Shown here piece after piece: positions 12,701 through 24,510 of a stretch of DNA of 64,000 bases. The first letter of the stretch is position 1, and every line of letters begins with the position of its first letter. Source of the DNA: an uncultured delta proteobacterium (GTDB taxonomy: Bacteria; Myxococcota_A; UBA9160; SMWR01); NCBI GenBank assembly GCA_963832165.1, contig CAWHTE010000001.1, positions 192,001-256,000 on the forward strand. Direction: 5' to 3'. The translations under genes and the position numbers were made by a program. The notes below the pieces were generated by a model. It was given only the letters and a program-made list of their open reading frames with translations, made no database searches and was not told where the DNA came from.

Positions 12701-15583
12701 ACGGGCGATGTACGCGTGCGGCTCGACGACAGCGAGCGCTTCGATCGCTTCGAAGTCGTCGAGACCGATGCGCGCGGAAGCGTGAACGTGCTGCGCGAGG
12801 ACGGCGCGACCGTGATCGCACGCGGCACGGGCGCGGGGACGGTCCACACGATCGAGCAGCTCACCACCAACGCGACCGATCCGCACTTCACGTACCGGCT
12901 CGCCGATCCGATCGTCTCCTCGAGCGGCGTCGAGCAGATCGACATCACGACGCTCGCGGTGGCGAGCGGCGCGGTGTCGCTGGGCGCGTCGGGCGGCACG
13001 CTCGCGAACTCGGCCGCCGATTCGACCCAGGTCGAGGGCGAGCGGCTGCTCGGCCGCATCCAGGGCTCGGGTGCGGGCCCGCACGTCACGACGGCGGGCA
13101 ACCTGCAGGTGTTCGCGACGAACATCGGCGACGAGACGCCGCTCGGGATCACGGGATCGGGACCCAACGTCGAGCTCGGCGCGGCGGGCGTCGTGCGCGC
13201 CGACGTCGGCGGCACGATCGCGCGCGTCGACCTCGTGCAGCGCAGCGCCGCAGGCGACACCAACCTCACCCTGCCGGGCGGAGGCGCCGCGGTGATCGAC
13301 GGCAGCGTGATCGACACGGGGGCGAGTCTGATCGAGACGTCGCGCATCACGAGCATCGACACGCGGCCCGCAGGTACGGAGTTCTACTATCACCTCGCCG
13401 ACAACTCCGTGTCCTCCGACGAGACGACGAGTGGCGAGCCGGTGCTGTCGGTCGCGAGCGGCGCCGTCACCGCAGGCGGCACGCTCGGGCTCGCCGCGAC
13501 GGGCGAGATCGAGCTCGAGCGCGGCGCGATCGATGCGGGCGGCGAGACCGTCGTGCTCGTGGCCGACTCGGATCGCGACAGCACGGGCGCGATCGATGCG
13601 CTGGCGACCGGCACCGCTCCGCACGTCGCGAACGCGGGCGCGCTCGTGGCGATCGCGGGTTCGGGCGTCGGCACCGAGGCGGCGCCGCTGCGCACGAGCG
13701 GCTCCGCGGGCAAGCTCGCGCTCGCGGGCAGCGGCGGCACGGGCGACTTCCGGATCGCCAACGAGGCGGGCCGGCTCTCCGTCGAGCGCATTCCGCTCAC
13801 GGGCTCGCTCCCGGTCGCGAACGCGGGCACGACCGACACCGTGACCTATCGCGGCCTGTACGCGGGCGGCGCCGTGGTGCTCGACAACAGCGCGGCATGC
13901 ACGGCCGGCCCGTGCGGGATCGAGCTGGGCGATGTCCAGGAGGCGATCGTCGGCGAGACGCTCGAGCGGGTCACGAGCGCTCCCTCGCTCGGGCTCACGG
14001 GCACCACGGTGGGCACCGACCTGCGCTACGGCTTCGGCGATCTGCGCATCCCGATCGCGGCGCTCACCACCGCGACCGCGAGCGCACCCACCGTGCAGAG
14101 CGGCGGCAGCCAGCGCTACGTCGGGCCCGTCGAGCTCTCGGCGGACTCGGCGCTCGTCGCGGGCTCGGGGGTGACGTTCGAGAACGATGTCGACTCGATC
14201 GGCCTGATCGCGCGCGACCTCGACGTGCGCGCGGGGGGTACCACCACGTTCGGAGCAAACGTCGGCACGAGCGCACCGCTCGACCGGCTCGCGGTCACCG
14301 ACGCGGAGTTCACGGCCGGCGTCCATACCGTGAACGTCGCGAGCGGCGACTTCCGCGCGATCGACGGGCCGGGGTCGCTCGAGCTGCGCGGTGTCGGGAC
14401 GGACTCCCGGATCGAGATCCGCGACAACGTGGGCGCGCGCACGCGGCTTTCGAGCTTCGACGCCGACGCGGAGCTGATCGTGTTCAGCTCGCGCGAGGAG
14501 GGCGGCGCGCTCGTCACGAGCGCGGACCGCGTCGTGGCCGACTCGATCGCGCTCAACGACGCAAATCCGAGCACCGATCCCGCCGCCACGATCGCCGATA
14601 CGACGGGCGGTCTCTCGCTCGAGAGCGCGGGCGACGTCGTGATGGGCGCGGGCGAGAAGCTCTCGAGCACGGGGCCGCTCGTGATCCGGGCCGGTGGCAC
14701 CGCGGCGCTCTCGGATCTGGCCGCGTCCGAGCTCGTCGTCGACGCGCCGCAGATCGTGATGCGAGGCCGCGATCCGGGGCCGGTCGAGCAGCCGGGCGGC
14801 ACGCTCGTGCAGGACAACGGGGTCGACTGGGTGGCCAACGACATCACTACGACGTCCGTGCCGCAATGGGACGGGGTCGGCACTCCGCCGACGTTCGTGC
14901 TCGGCAGCGGCGGCATCATCCTGCCCGGGCCCATTCCGCACGACGTGATCCGCTTCACGGCTGCCATCGACGAGATCCGCCCCGAGAGCTTCGCGGGGGA
15001 CGGGCACATCCTCGACCTCACGGGGCTCGGTCCGCGCGTCGTGTCCGACGCGCGCCGCGATGTACCTCAGGCGACACCGCCCGTGCTTCCGGGTCTCGCC
15101 GCGCGACCCGGCGACGAGCCGCCGAGCCCGCCTCGCGTGGTGTCGAGCCAGGAGGTGATCGCAGCGCTGCACTGCCGCACGGCCGTGGGTGATGTGTGTG
15201 TGCCCCCCGTCGGCGACGATCCGCTCGCGACCGAGCGCGCACACGAAATCGTGAAGCGCTACCGGTGGCTCGTCGCGAGCGATGAGGCGGTGCAGAGCCT
15301 GCGCGCATCGTTCGCTCCGCTCGCGTCGATGCCTTCGGGCGACGTCGACGCGCTGTCCCGCGCGCTCGCGCACGACCCCGCGGCCGGCGAGGCGCGCGCG
15401 CGGATCGGCGAGCTCGCGGTGACGCTCGCACAGGTCGAGCTGCTCGGGCTCGACGAGCAGGAGAGCGAGCGCGTGCGGCGCGAGATCGCGTCCGAGTTCG
15501 CGAGCGCGAGCGGGGTCGCGGGCCTCGGTGCCGACGCGGTGCTCGCCGCGGTCGAGGCGAGCGGCGTCGCGGCGCTGCCCTGA
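9796..15583 (+). CDS. filamentous-haemagglutinin-type TpsA exoprotein (~1930 aa) with a +1 frameshift near 10240-10246
   Basis: Signal peptide and TPS domain (IINW, WIANPVGVFFG) in ORF 9796-10383; continues in ORF 10301-15583 (IIVWSDEAT, GGFAEISG, LLYDPKDI, Gly-rich repeats). Confidence 0.85.
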
Positions 15584-16615
15584 CTAACCGGGCGGAATCG
15601 CCGCCAGGAGAGCGCGCGCGACGCGCTCGGCGCCCTCGGACGACAGGTGGCTGTCGTACGGGCGCAGGAAGAGCTGCTCGACCGGCTGGCCCGTGAAGTC
15701 GGCGAGTGGCGATACGAACGCGAGCCCCTGCTCGGCGGCGATCGCGCGCAGGTGCACCTCGTCATCCGCCGGCAGGCCGCGCTCGAGCTTGTAGGCGTCG
15801 GGGATGTAGACGACCGTGAGCGAGATCCCGCGCGCTGCGAGCGTCGTGTGCAGGCGATCGAGCCACTGCGCATAACGGCCCCAGATCTCGTCCACGCGCT
15901 CGGCCGGTACGTCGAACGACGTGAGCGGCTCGTCGAGCCCGCCTTTGCGAAGCTGGCGCCAATGCTTCCAGCGGACCTGCCCGCGCAGATAGAGCTCGTA
16001 GAGCGCGCTCGAGACCACCAGCTCGTGAAACGGTCCGAAGCCCCTCATGACGGTGTTCTTCTGACCCTCGTATACGGGGAGCCCGGGGCGGATCAGATCG
16101 CGGATGTCGTTGGCGCAGAACGCGAGCACGACCGAATCGGGCTCGAGCGCGAGCGCGCGCTCCTCGAGGAACAGCGTCTCCGAGGCGATCGACCAGCCGC
16201 CGCTGCCCGCGTTCACGACCTCGACGTCGCGACCCGCGCCGCGCAGCAGCGCTTCGAGCCGAGCGGGCCACGTCTCCTCTTCTTCGAGGTAGTAGCCGAA
16301 CGTCATCGAGTCGCCGAGCGCGAGGATACGCGTGCGCCCGGGCGGAGGCGTGCGCTCGATCTCGGGCCCGCGCAGCCCGAGCGAGTTGATGTTCACGTGA
16401 TAGGCGAGCTCGGGCGGCCACATCACGGTGGCGCGCGCGTTCGGGCGGAATACGCCGATCGCCTCCTGCCAGCGCTGCGCATCGAAGTTGAGCAGCTTGC
16501 TGAACGAGCGCACGCGATCGGTCGGCCAGCCCGCGAGCCGGAGGCCACCCTCGAGCAGCGCCAGCGGCGCGATCGAGATGAGCGCGGTCGCGACCGCCTG
16601 ACGCAGGAATTTCAA
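15584..16615 (-). CDS. SGNH/GDSL hydrolase, membrane-anchored
   Basis: INSLGLRG, ILALGDSMTFG, VVNAG, CAND, DSH; N-terminal TM; TTG start overlapping previous stop. Confidence 0.85.
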   Translation of the reverse strand: MKFLRQAVATALISIAPLALLEGGLRLAGWPTDRVRSFSKLLNFDAQRWQEAIGVFRPNARATVMWPPELAYHVNINSLGLRGPEIERTPPPGRTRILALGDSMTFGYYLEEEETWPARLEALLRGAGRDVEVVNAGSGGWSIASETLFLEERALALEPDSVVLAFCANDIRDLIRPGLPVYEGQKNTVMRGFGPFHELVVSSALYELYLRGQVRWKHWRQLRKGGLDEPLTSFDVPAERVDEIWGRYAQWLDRLHTTLAARGISLTVVYIPDAYKLERGLPADDEVHLRAIAAEQGLAFVSPLADFTGQPVEQLFLRPYDSHLSSEGAERVARALLAAIPPG

Positions 16616-17460
16616 TGCGCGCGCCCCAGCCGCGCCCGCAGCGTTTCGCATCGCTGCTCGAGCGCGGTCGCGGTGTCGGCGTCGCCCGCGTGCTCGATCG
16701 CGGCCTCGAGATCGGCGATCGCGGGCGCGAGCCAGCCGAGCTGCTGATACACGAGTGCGCGATCGCGCAGCGCGGTCGACTCGCTCGGAGTGAGCAGTAC
16801 GATCCGATCGCAGCACGCGAGCAGGCGCTCCACGTCGCCGCTGCTCGCGAAGATCCGCTGCAGATTCGAGAGCATGCGCACGAGGATCTCGCGCGCACTC
16901 GCGTCGCGCAAGTGCAACTCGCGGCGCAGCTGCGCACCGGGACCGAGCACGTTTGCTAGGCGAGTCTCGCACTCGCCGAGCGTGATCGTGCGGCCGTGGA
17001 ATGCGTCGACGATCTGCTCGTGGGGGCCCGCGCAGCGCACGAGGAAGTGGCCCGGAAACGAGATGCCGCGCGCGTCGAGTCCCGCGCGGCGCGCGACCGC
17101 CATGTAGACGATCGCGAGCGTGATGGGGATGCCACAGCGACGAGCGAGGACGTCGCTCAGGTAGCTGTTGCGCGGATCGTAGTACTCGCTCGCGCCCGCG
17201 AAGCCCTCCTCGCCGAACAGGAAGCGGTTGAGCCGCTCCACGCGCGCGGCGTCCTCGGACTCGCCCGCGAGCCGCTCGACCGCGCGCAGGCCCAGCTCGT
17301 CGAGCACGGCGCGGACCGTCTCGAGGTCGAGGGCCGGGTATTCCTCGGCGGCGATCAGGATCGCCCCGAGCTCGAGATCGACCGGGCCGAGATCGGCGTC
17401 GCGTCGGCTCGCGAGTTCCGCGAAGAGTTCGCGCGCCGAGCGCGTGGTCGAGGCGGCCAT
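16612..17460 (-). CDS. SirB1/YchA-like transglutaminase-core + TPR protein
   Basis: YYDPRNSYLSDVL, GIPITLAIVY, FPGHFLV, RMLSNL, RDRA. Confidence 0.88.
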   Translation of the reverse strand: MAASTTRSARELFAELASRRDADLGPVDLELGAILIAAEEYPALDLETVRAVLDELGLRAVERLAGESEDAARVERLNRFLFGEEGFAGASEYYDPRNSYLSDVLARRCGIPITLAIVYMAVARRAGLDARGISFPGHFLVRCAGPHEQIVDAFHGRTITLGECETRLANVLGPGAQLRRELHLRDASAREILVRMLSNLQRIFASSGDVERLLACCDRIVLLTPSESTALRDRALVYQQLGWLAPAIADLEAAIEHAGDADTATALEQRCETLRARLGRAH

Positions 17461-17487
17461 GCCCGGTTTAGCGTAGCCTCACGCGCC

Positions 17488-19437
17488 GTGAGCGCTCCCC
17501 TCTGGCAGCCCACGGCCGAGCAGATCGAGCGCGCGCAGTGGACCGCGTTCCGGCGCCGCGCCGAGGTGCGCACGGGGCGCGATCTCTCCGATCCGAGCGC
17601 GCTGCATCGCTGGTCGATCGACGAGCCGGCCGCGTTCTGGGAGCTCGTGTGGTCGTTCGCCGAGCTGCGCGGCGACGGCCCCGGTCCCGCGCTCGAGAGC
17701 CGACGCACGCGCGCGATGCCGGGCGTGCGCTGGTTTCCCGAGGCGCGGATCAACTTCGCGGAGAACCTGCTGCGCAAGAGCGGCAGCGAGCCCGCGCTGA
17801 TCTTCCGCGCCGAGGACCAGCGCGAGGGCGCATGGAGCTGGGACGAGCTCGCGGGCGCGGTGGCCGCGTGCGCCGCGTGGCTGCGCGAGCGCGGTGTGCG
17901 CCCGGGCGATCGCGTCGCGGGCTGGCTGCCGAACGGTCCGCACGCGATCGCGGCGATGCTCGCGAGCGCGAGCGTCGGCGCGGTGTGGACGTCGTGCTCG
18001 CCCGATTTCGGGGCGCGCGGTGTGATCGATCGCTTCGGCCAGATCGAACCCGTCGTGCTATTCGCGGCCGACGGCTATTTCTACAACGGCCGCGCGCACG
18101 ACGTCCTGCCCCGGCTCGACGAGGTGCGCGCACAGCTCCCGAGCCTGCGCGAGACCGTGCTCGTGCCGTGGGCGAGTGCCGATCCGCCGCTCGCGGGCGG
18201 CGTGCAGCGTTGGGACGACGCCCTGGCGCCGCACACGGGCGCCGCGCTCGCGTTCGACCGCCTGCCGTTCGACCACCCGCTCTACGTGCTCTATTCGAGC
18301 GGCACGACCGGCCCTCCCAAGTGCATCGTGCACGGCGCGGGCGGCACGCTCTTGCAGCACCAGAAAGAGCAGCTGCTGCACGTCGACCTGCGCGCGCGCG
18401 ATCGGTTCTTCTACTTCACCACGTGTGGCTGGATGATGTGGAACTGGCTCGCGTCGGGGCTCGCGTGCGGTGCGACGCTCCTGCTCTACGACGGATCTCC
18501 CTCGCATCCCGAGATCGGCACGCTGTTCCAGTGGGCCGAGCGCGAGCGGGTCGCGGTGTTCGGCACCTCGGCGAAGTTCATCGACGCGGTCGCGAAGTCG
18601 GGGTTCGCGCCGCGCGAGCACTGCGACCTCTCGCGCGTGCGCGCGATCCTGTCGACGGGCTCCCCGCTCTCGCCCGAGGGCTTCGACTTCGTGTACGAGC
18701 ACGTGGCGCCGCACGCGCAGCTCGCGTCGGTGTCGGGCGGAACCGACATCGTCTCGTGCTTCGTGATCGGTTGCCCGGTCGCGCCGGTCTGGCGCGGCGA
18801 GATCCAGATGCCCGGGCTCGGCATGGCCGTGGACGTGTTCGACGACGCGGGGCGCCCGCTGCGCGGTGAGAAGGGTGAGCTCGTGTGCACGAGGCCGTTC
18901 CCGTCGATGCCGACGGGATTCTGGAACGATCCGGACGGCGCGCGCTATCGCAAGGCCTACTTCGAGCGCTTCCCGGGCATCTGGTGTCACGGCGACTACG
19001 CCGAGTGGACCGAGCACGGCGGCATCGTCATCCACGGCCGCTCCGACGCGGTACTGAATCCCGGCGGCGTGCGGATCGGCACCGCGGAGATCTATCGCCA
19101 GGTGGAGCAGCTCGAGGAGGTGGTCGAGTCGCTCGTGATCGCGCAGGAGTGGCGGGGCGATCAGCGCGTGGTGCTGTTTGTGCGCCTGCGCGACGGGCTC
19201 GCGCTCGACGACGCGCTGCGCGCCCGGATCTGCGAGCGCGTGAAGCGCGGCGCGAGCCCGCGCCACGTGCCCACGCGGATCGTGCAGGTGCCCGACATCC
19301 CGCGCACGCGCAGCGGCAAGATCGTCGAGCTCGCCGTGCGAGACGTGGTGCACGGGCGCGCGGTCAAGAACCGCGAGGCACTCGCGAATCCCGAGGCGCT
19401 CGAGCACTTCGCCGGGCGCGAGGAGCTCTCCAGCTGA
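17488..19437 (+). CDS. acetoacetate--CoA ligase
   Basis: [58 protein letters not shown]. Confidence 0.93.
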   Translation: MSAPLWQPTAEQIERAQWTAFRRRAEVRTGRDLSDPSALHRWSIDEPAAFWELVWSFAELRGDGPGPALESRRTRAMPGVRWFPEARINFAENLLRKSGSEPALIFRAEDQREGAWSWDELAGAVAACAAWLRERGVRPGDRVAGWLPNGPHAIAAMLASASVGAVWTSCSPDFGARGVIDRFGQIEPVVLFAADGYFYNGRAHDVLPRLDEVRAQLPSLRETVLVPWASADPPLAGGVQRWDDALAPHTGAALAFDRLPFDHPLYVLYSSGTTGPPKCIVHGAGGTLLQHQKEQLLHVDLRARDRFFYFTTCGWMMWNWLASGLACGATLLLYDGSPSHPEIGTLFQWAERERVAVFGTSAKFIDAVAKSGFAPREHCDLSRVRAILSTGSPLSPEGFDFVYEHVAPHAQLASVSGGTDIVSCFVIGCPVAPVWRGEIQMPGLGMAVDVFDDAGRPLRGEKGELVCTRPFPSMPTGFWNDPDGARYRKAYFERFPGIWCHGDYAEWTEHGGIVIHGRSDAVLNPGGVRIGTAEIYRQVEQLEEVVESLVIAQEWRGDQRVVLFVRLRDGLALDDALRARICERVKRGASPRHVPTRIVQVPDIPRTRSGKIVELAVRDVVHGRAVKNREALANPEALEHFAGREELSS

Positions 19438-19442
19438 GCCGG

Positions 19443-20342
19443 GTGACTCCGCGCATCGCAGTGCACGGCGGCGCGGGCCGCGTTCCCGACGACGCTGCCC
19501 GCGCGCAGCGCGAGGCCGAGGGGCTGCGCGCCGCGCTCGTTGCGGGCGGAGATCCCCTCGCTGCGGGCGGGAGTGCGCTGGACGCGGTGGTGGCCGCGGT
19601 GAGGGAGCTCGAGCGCTGCGAGGTGTTCAACGCGGGGCGCGGCGGTGCGCTCGACCGCGACGGCGGCATCGCGCTCGATGCAGTCGCGATGGACGGCAGT
19701 GCGCGGCGCGCGGGCGGCGTGATCGGCGTCGCGCGGGTCGCGCAGCCGATCGACGCAGCGCTCGCGGTGCTGCGCGACGGACGCCACGTGCTGCTCGCGG
19801 GCGAGGGCGCCGAGCAGTTCGCGCGCGCGGCGGGTCTCGCGATGGTCGAGCCCGCGTTCCACATCACCGACGAGCGGCGCGCACAGCTCGCGCGCGCACT
19901 CGAGGAACGCCCGCGATCGGGCGGCACGGTCGGTGCGGTCGCATGCGATGCGCAGGGTCATCTCGCCGCGGCGACTTCGACCGGAGGACTCGTCGCGCGC
20001 CTGCCCGGGCGCGTTGCCGACAGCGCGCTGCCCGGCAGCGGCACCTGGGCCGACGACGCCACCTGCGCCGTCTCGGCGACCGGTTACGGGGACTTCTTCA
20101 TCCGCGCGGGCTTCGCGCGCGACGTCGACGCGCGCATGCGCTACGGCGGCCGCGACCTCGACACCGCGTGCGCCGAGGCGCTCGCGGAGGTGGCCGCGCT
20201 CGGCGGCAGCGGAGGCTGCATCGCGATCGACGCGCACGGCCGCATCGCGTTCCACTTCGACACACCCGACATGCCGCGCGGCCTGCGCGTGGGCTCGGGC
20301 GAGGCGAAGGTCGCGGTGTACGGCCGCGGCGATCCGACCTAA
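19443..20342 (+). CDS. iaaA: isoaspartyl peptidase/L-asparaginase (Ntn hydrolase)
   Basis: [32 protein letters not shown] motifs. Confidence 0.9.
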   Translation: MTPRIAVHGGAGRVPDDAARAQREAEGLRAALVAGGDPLAAGGSALDAVVAAVRELERCEVFNAGRGGALDRDGGIALDAVAMDGSARRAGGVIGVARVAQPIDAALAVLRDGRHVLLAGEGAEQFARAAGLAMVEPAFHITDERRAQLARALEERPRSGGTVGAVACDAQGHLAAATSTGGLVARLPGRVADSALPGSGTWADDATCAVSATGYGDFFIRAGFARDVDARMRYGGRDLDTACAEALAEVAALGGSGGCIAIDAHGRIAFHFDTPDMPRGLRVGSGEAKVAVYGRGDPT

Positions 20343-21322
20343 CGCGGAGCGCGCGGGGGAAAGCGCGGCTCGCGGCGCTCGATCAGATCGACGAGGTCGC
20401 GCGCGAAGTCGTCGTAGGTGCGATGAGCGCGCGCGAACGCGTGGCCTTCCGCGGCGATCCGCGCGCGCTCGTCGGGGCGCGAGCGGTAGTGGTCGATCAG
20501 CTCGACGCACTCGTCGGTCGACCGGTACCACACGAGGTGCCGGTGGTTCTCGAAGATGTCCTCGAGCCCCGGCGCGTAGTTCGTGATCAGGAAGCCGCGC
20601 GCTCCGAGCGTGAACCAGGTGCGATTCGAGAAGTACCACGCGACGTCGTGGCGCCAGTCGCAGCCGAGCACGATCGATGCGGCGCGGCAGATCTGGCGGT
20701 ACTGCTCGGGGAACACGTCCTCGCGCGCCGCGGAGAGACCGAGCTCGGGCCAGCCGCTGCCGTAGAGCTTCAGATCGAAGCGCGTCGCCACTGCGGGAAT
20801 CAGCGCGCCGCGCGTCGCGTGCAGCGGTGAGTTGCTCGCATACTTGCCGATGAATGCGACCTCGGACTCGAACGCGGGATCGGCGTGCTCCACGGGGAAG
20901 TAGACCTCGGGGTCGTGCGCCTCCGCGAGATAGGCGGCGCGCTTGGCGCCCGCGCGCTCGAACTCCGCGACCTGTCCGCGTGCGACCGTACACACGAGGT
21001 CGACGTGCGCCGAGAGCCCGAGCTGCTCGGACGCGATCGGCGACGGCCAGCAGTCGGGCGTGAACATCACGGTGGGGAAGCGCCCCGCGAGCGCCGCGAA
21101 CACGGGCTTCGAGACGTCCTGCGCGTGGATGAACGCGAAGTCGGGCGCGAAGCGGCGCACGCTCGCGAGCGTCCAGCGCTGGGCGAGCCAGCGGCCCACC
21201 CACTGGCGGCGCTTGGCCTCGCGGATCACGCACAGCGTGTGGCCTGCTCGCGCGAGCGAGCGCGCGATCGAGCGCGTGGTCTGGGTGCGGGCCTTGCTCT
21301 TTGCGAATACGGCGATGCGCAT
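20339..21322 (-). CDS. CgeB-like glycosyltransferase
   Basis: [25 protein letters not shown]...HTY pattern. Confidence 0.75.
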   Translation of the reverse strand: MRIAVFAKSKARTQTTRSIARSLARAGHTLCVIREAKRRQWVGRWLAQRWTLASVRRFAPDFAFIHAQDVSKPVFAALAGRFPTVMFTPDCWPSPIASEQLGLSAHVDLVCTVARGQVAEFERAGAKRAAYLAEAHDPEVYFPVEHADPAFESEVAFIGKYASNSPLHATRGALIPAVATRFDLKLYGSGWPELGLSAAREDVFPEQYRQICRAASIVLGCDWRHDVAWYFSNRTWFTLGARGFLITNYAPGLEDIFENHRHLVWYRSTDECVELIDHYRSRPDERARIAAEGHAFARAHRTYDDFARDLVDLIERREPRFPPRAPR

Positions 21323-21371
21323 GGACGGGCCAAGCATCTCACGGGTACCGGCACCGCGCTAGGTTGTGCGG

Positions 21372-22541
21372 GTGCCGGATCCGCCGCTGCGCATCTCGTT
21401 CATCGCGCTGGGCTTCCCGCCCGATGTCGGCGGCACCGAGCTCTACAACGCCGAGTACGCGCGGCGGCTCGCCGCGCGGGGTCACGCACTGCGCGTGTAC
21501 ACCTGGAGCGGGGAGAGCGGCGCGCGCGCGGAGCTGCCGTTTCCCGTGGAGCGCGCGCCGCGGCCCGCGCGCGGCGCGACTCTCGACGCGCGCGGCGTCG
21601 CCGCGTGGCTCGCGCGCGGTGCGCCCGAGGTGGTGCTCGTCTCGCGCGCGTCGCGCCTGCTCCGCGACGTCGTGCCCGCGGCCGCGCGCGTTGCGCCCGT
21701 CGTGCTCTCGGTGCACGAGCTCGGCGGACGCCACACGCGCCGCGGTCGGATCGGGCGCTGGCGCGTGCGCCGGCGCTATGGGCTCGACCGCGCGCGCTGT
21801 GTGGTGGTGAACAGCGAGGACACGCAGCGGCGCGTCGCGGCGCTGCGCTCCGCGGCGGCGATCCGCGTCGTGTACCCGGGCGTCGACACCGCGGCGTTCG
21901 CGCCGAGCGCCGAGCGGCGCAGGCACGCGCGCGAGAAGCTCGGCGTTGCGCAGCGGCGCGTGCTGCTCACGGTGTCGCGCCTCGCCGCGAACAAGGGACA
22001 CGCGCACATGATCGAGGCATTGCCCGCGCTGCGCGAGCGCTTTCCCGATCTCGTCTACCTCGTGGTGGGGCAGGGCGGCGAGCGCGACGCGCTCGAATCG
22101 CTCGCGGTGCAGCGCGGCGTCGCCGACGCGGTGCGCTTCGAGGGTCTGGTCGACGATGTGCGCGCCTACTACGCCGCGTGCGACGTGTTCGCGATGCCGT
22201 CGGGGCGTCTCGCCGCACGCGGCGACGGCAAGGCCGGCGAGGGATTCGGGATCTCGTACATCGAGGCGGGCGCGAGCGGCGTGCCCGCGGTGGCGAGCGC
22301 GAGTGGCGGCGGTTCGGAAGTGGTGATCGACGGCGAGACGGGCTGTGTGGTCGATCCGGGCGATCCGCGCGCGCTCGAGCGCGCGATCGCGGGCCTGTTC
22401 GAGGACCCCGCGCGCGCGCGCCGGCTCGGCGACGCGGCGCAACGGCACTGTCAGCGGTTCGACTGGGAGCGCGGCGCCGACGCGCTCGAGGCGGTGCTGC
22501 GCGACGCCGCCGGCGCGCCGCGTCACCGCTCCCGCGCGTAA
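21372..22541 (+). CDS. GT4-family glycosyltransferase
   Basis: FPPDVGG, VSRLAANKG, EGFGISYIEA motif. Confidence 0.9.
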   Translation: MPDPPLRISFIALGFPPDVGGTELYNAEYARRLAARGHALRVYTWSGESGARAELPFPVERAPRPARGATLDARGVAAWLARGAPEVVLVSRASRLLRDVVPAAARVAPVVLSVHELGGRHTRRGRIGRWRVRRRYGLDRARCVVVNSEDTQRRVAALRSAAAIRVVYPGVDTAAFAPSAERRRHAREKLGVAQRRVLLTVSRLAANKGHAHMIEALPALRERFPDLVYLVVGQGGERDALESLAVQRGVADAVRFEGLVDDVRAYYAACDVFAMPSGRLAARGDGKAGEGFGISYIEAGASGVPAVASASGGGSEVVIDGETGCVVDPGDPRALERAIAGLFEDPARARRLGDAAQRHCQRFDWERGADALEAVLRDAAGAPRHRSRA

Positions 22542-24424
22542 CCCGCCTCGCGCAGCAACGCGCGGATCTCGTCGAGGATCGCGGGATCGTCGATCGTGGG
22601 CGGCGTGCGATAGGGCTCGGAGTCGGCGATCCGGCGCAGCGTGCCGCGCAGCACCTTGCCCGAGCGCGTCTTGGGCAGCCGCGGCACCACGAGCGCGCGC
22701 CGGAACGCCGCGACCGGACCGATCGCCTCGCGCACGCGCGCCACGAGCTCCTGCTCGAGCTCCGCCGGGTCGCGCTCCACGCCCGCGTTCAGCACCACGA
22801 AGCCGAGCGGCACCTGACCCTTGAGCGCGTCGGCCACGCCCGTGACCGCGCACTCCGCCACGTCGGGGTGGCCCGCGATCGCCTCCTCCATCGCACCCGT
22901 CGACAGGCGATGGCCCGCGACGTTGATGATGTCGTCGGTGCGGGCCATGATCCAGAGATAGCCGTCGACGTCGATGTGGCCCGCGTCGGCCGTCTGGTAG
23001 TAGCCCGGGAAACGCGTGAGGTAGCTCTGCTCGAAGCCCGCGTCGTTCTCCCAGAGCGTGCGCAGGCAGCCCGGCGGCAGCGGCAGCTTGATCACGATGT
23101 GGCCCGTCTCGCCGCGCGGCAGCTCGTGGCCGTCGTCGCTCAGGACGCGCACGTCGTAGCCGGGCACCGCGCGCGTGGGCGATCCGCGCTTCACGGGCAG
23201 CGGCTCGAGTCCCATGCAGTTGGCGGCGATCGGCCAGCCGGTCTCGGTCTGCCACCAGTGGTCGATCACGGGTACACCCAGCGCGCGCTCGCTCCACGCA
23301 ACGGTATCGGGGTCGGCGCGCTCGCCCGCGAGGAAGAGCGTGCGCAGCGATGAGGTGTCGTACTGCTTGGGCAGCTGTGCCTGCGGGTCCTCGCGCTTGA
23401 TCGCGCGGATCGCCGTGGGCGCCGTGAACAGCGCGTTCACGCGGTGCTGTTGGATGACGCGGAAGAACGCGCCCGCATCGGGCGTGCCCACGGGCTTGCC
23501 CTCGTAGAGCAGCGTCGTGCAGCCGAGCAGGAGCGGCGCGTAGACGATGTAGGAGTGCCCGACCACCCAGCCGATGTCCGACGCGGCCCAGAACACCTCG
23601 CCGGGCGACATCCCGTACACGTTGCGCAGGCTCCACTTGAGCGCGACGGCGTGGCCGCCGTTGTCGCGCACCACGCCCTTCGGCATGCCCGTGGTGCCCG
23701 AGGTGTAGAGGATGTAGAGCGGGTCGGTCGCCTCCACCGCGACCGCGTCGGCCGGCGACGCGCTCGCGACGGCGCTCTGCCAGTCGACGTCGCGCCCGGG
23801 CTCGAGCGTCGCCTGTGCCTGGGGGCGTTGCAGCACCAGGCAGTGTCGCGGCTTCGCACCCGAGCGCGCGATCGCTTCGTCGAGCATCGGCTTGTAGGCC
23901 ACCACGCGCCCGGGCTCGATCCCGCACGACGCCGTGAGCACGGCGACGGGGGCCGCGTGCTGGATGCGCTGGGCGAGCTCGCTCGCAGCGAAGCCGCCGA
24001 ACACCACCGAGTGGATCGCGCCGATCCGCGCGCACGCGAGCATCCCGAACACGGCCTCGGGCACCATCGGCATGTAGACGAGCACGCGATCGCCGCGCCC
24101 GACACCGAGCGCGCGCAGCGCGCCCGCGAGCTGCGCCACCTCGTGCTGGAGCTCTGCATAGCTGTACGCGCGCAGCGTGCCCGTGACCGGGCTGTCGTAG
24201 ATCAGGGCGGTCTGCGCGCCGCGCCCGGAGGCCACGTGCAGATCGACCGCGTTGTAGCAGGTATTCAGCGTCGCATCGGGGAACCACGCTGGGCGCAGCG
24301 GGTCGGCGTCGTTCCAGACCGCGCGCGGGCGCCGCACCCATTCGATGTCCTCGGCTGCGCGTGCCCAGAACGCGCTCGGGTTCGCGAGCGATTCGGCATG
24401 GGCGCGCGCGGTGGCATCGGTCAT
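22523..24424 (-). CDS. prpE: propionyl-CoA synthetase
   Basis: YTSGTTGMPKGVVRDNGG, ASDIGWVVGHS, DHWWQTETG, LPKTRSGK. Confidence 0.92.
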   Translation of the reverse strand: MTDATARAHAESLANPSAFWARAAEDIEWVRRPRAVWNDADPLRPAWFPDATLNTCYNAVDLHVASGRGAQTALIYDSPVTGTLRAYSYAELQHEVAQLAGALRALGVGRGDRVLVYMPMVPEAVFGMLACARIGAIHSVVFGGFAASELAQRIQHAAPVAVLTASCGIEPGRVVAYKPMLDEAIARSGAKPRHCLVLQRPQAQATLEPGRDVDWQSAVASASPADAVAVEATDPLYILYTSGTTGMPKGVVRDNGGHAVALKWSLRNVYGMSPGEVFWAASDIGWVVGHSYIVYAPLLLGCTTLLYEGKPVGTPDAGAFFRVIQQHRVNALFTAPTAIRAIKREDPQAQLPKQYDTSSLRTLFLAGERADPDTVAWSERALGVPVIDHWWQTETGWPIAANCMGLEPLPVKRGSPTRAVPGYDVRVLSDDGHELPRGETGHIVIKLPLPPGCLRTLWENDAGFEQSYLTRFPGYYQTADAGHIDVDGYLWIMARTDDIINVAGHRLSTGAMEEAIAGHPDVAECAVTGVADALKGQVPLGFVVLNAGVERDPAELEQELVARVREAIGPVAAFRRALVVPRLPKTRSGKVLRGTLRRIADSEPYRTPPTIDDPAILDEIRALLREAGYARER

Positions 24425-24510
24425 CGCACGTAGCATACGCGCCGGGCGCGGTGTGATCCCGCGCCGTGTATGATTCCGCGGGATCCACCGGACGCGCCCG
24501 GGAGAGCCGC

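Noticed and set aside
9796..15583. CdiA toxin
   Set aside because: No VENN-type motif or downstream immunity ORF seen
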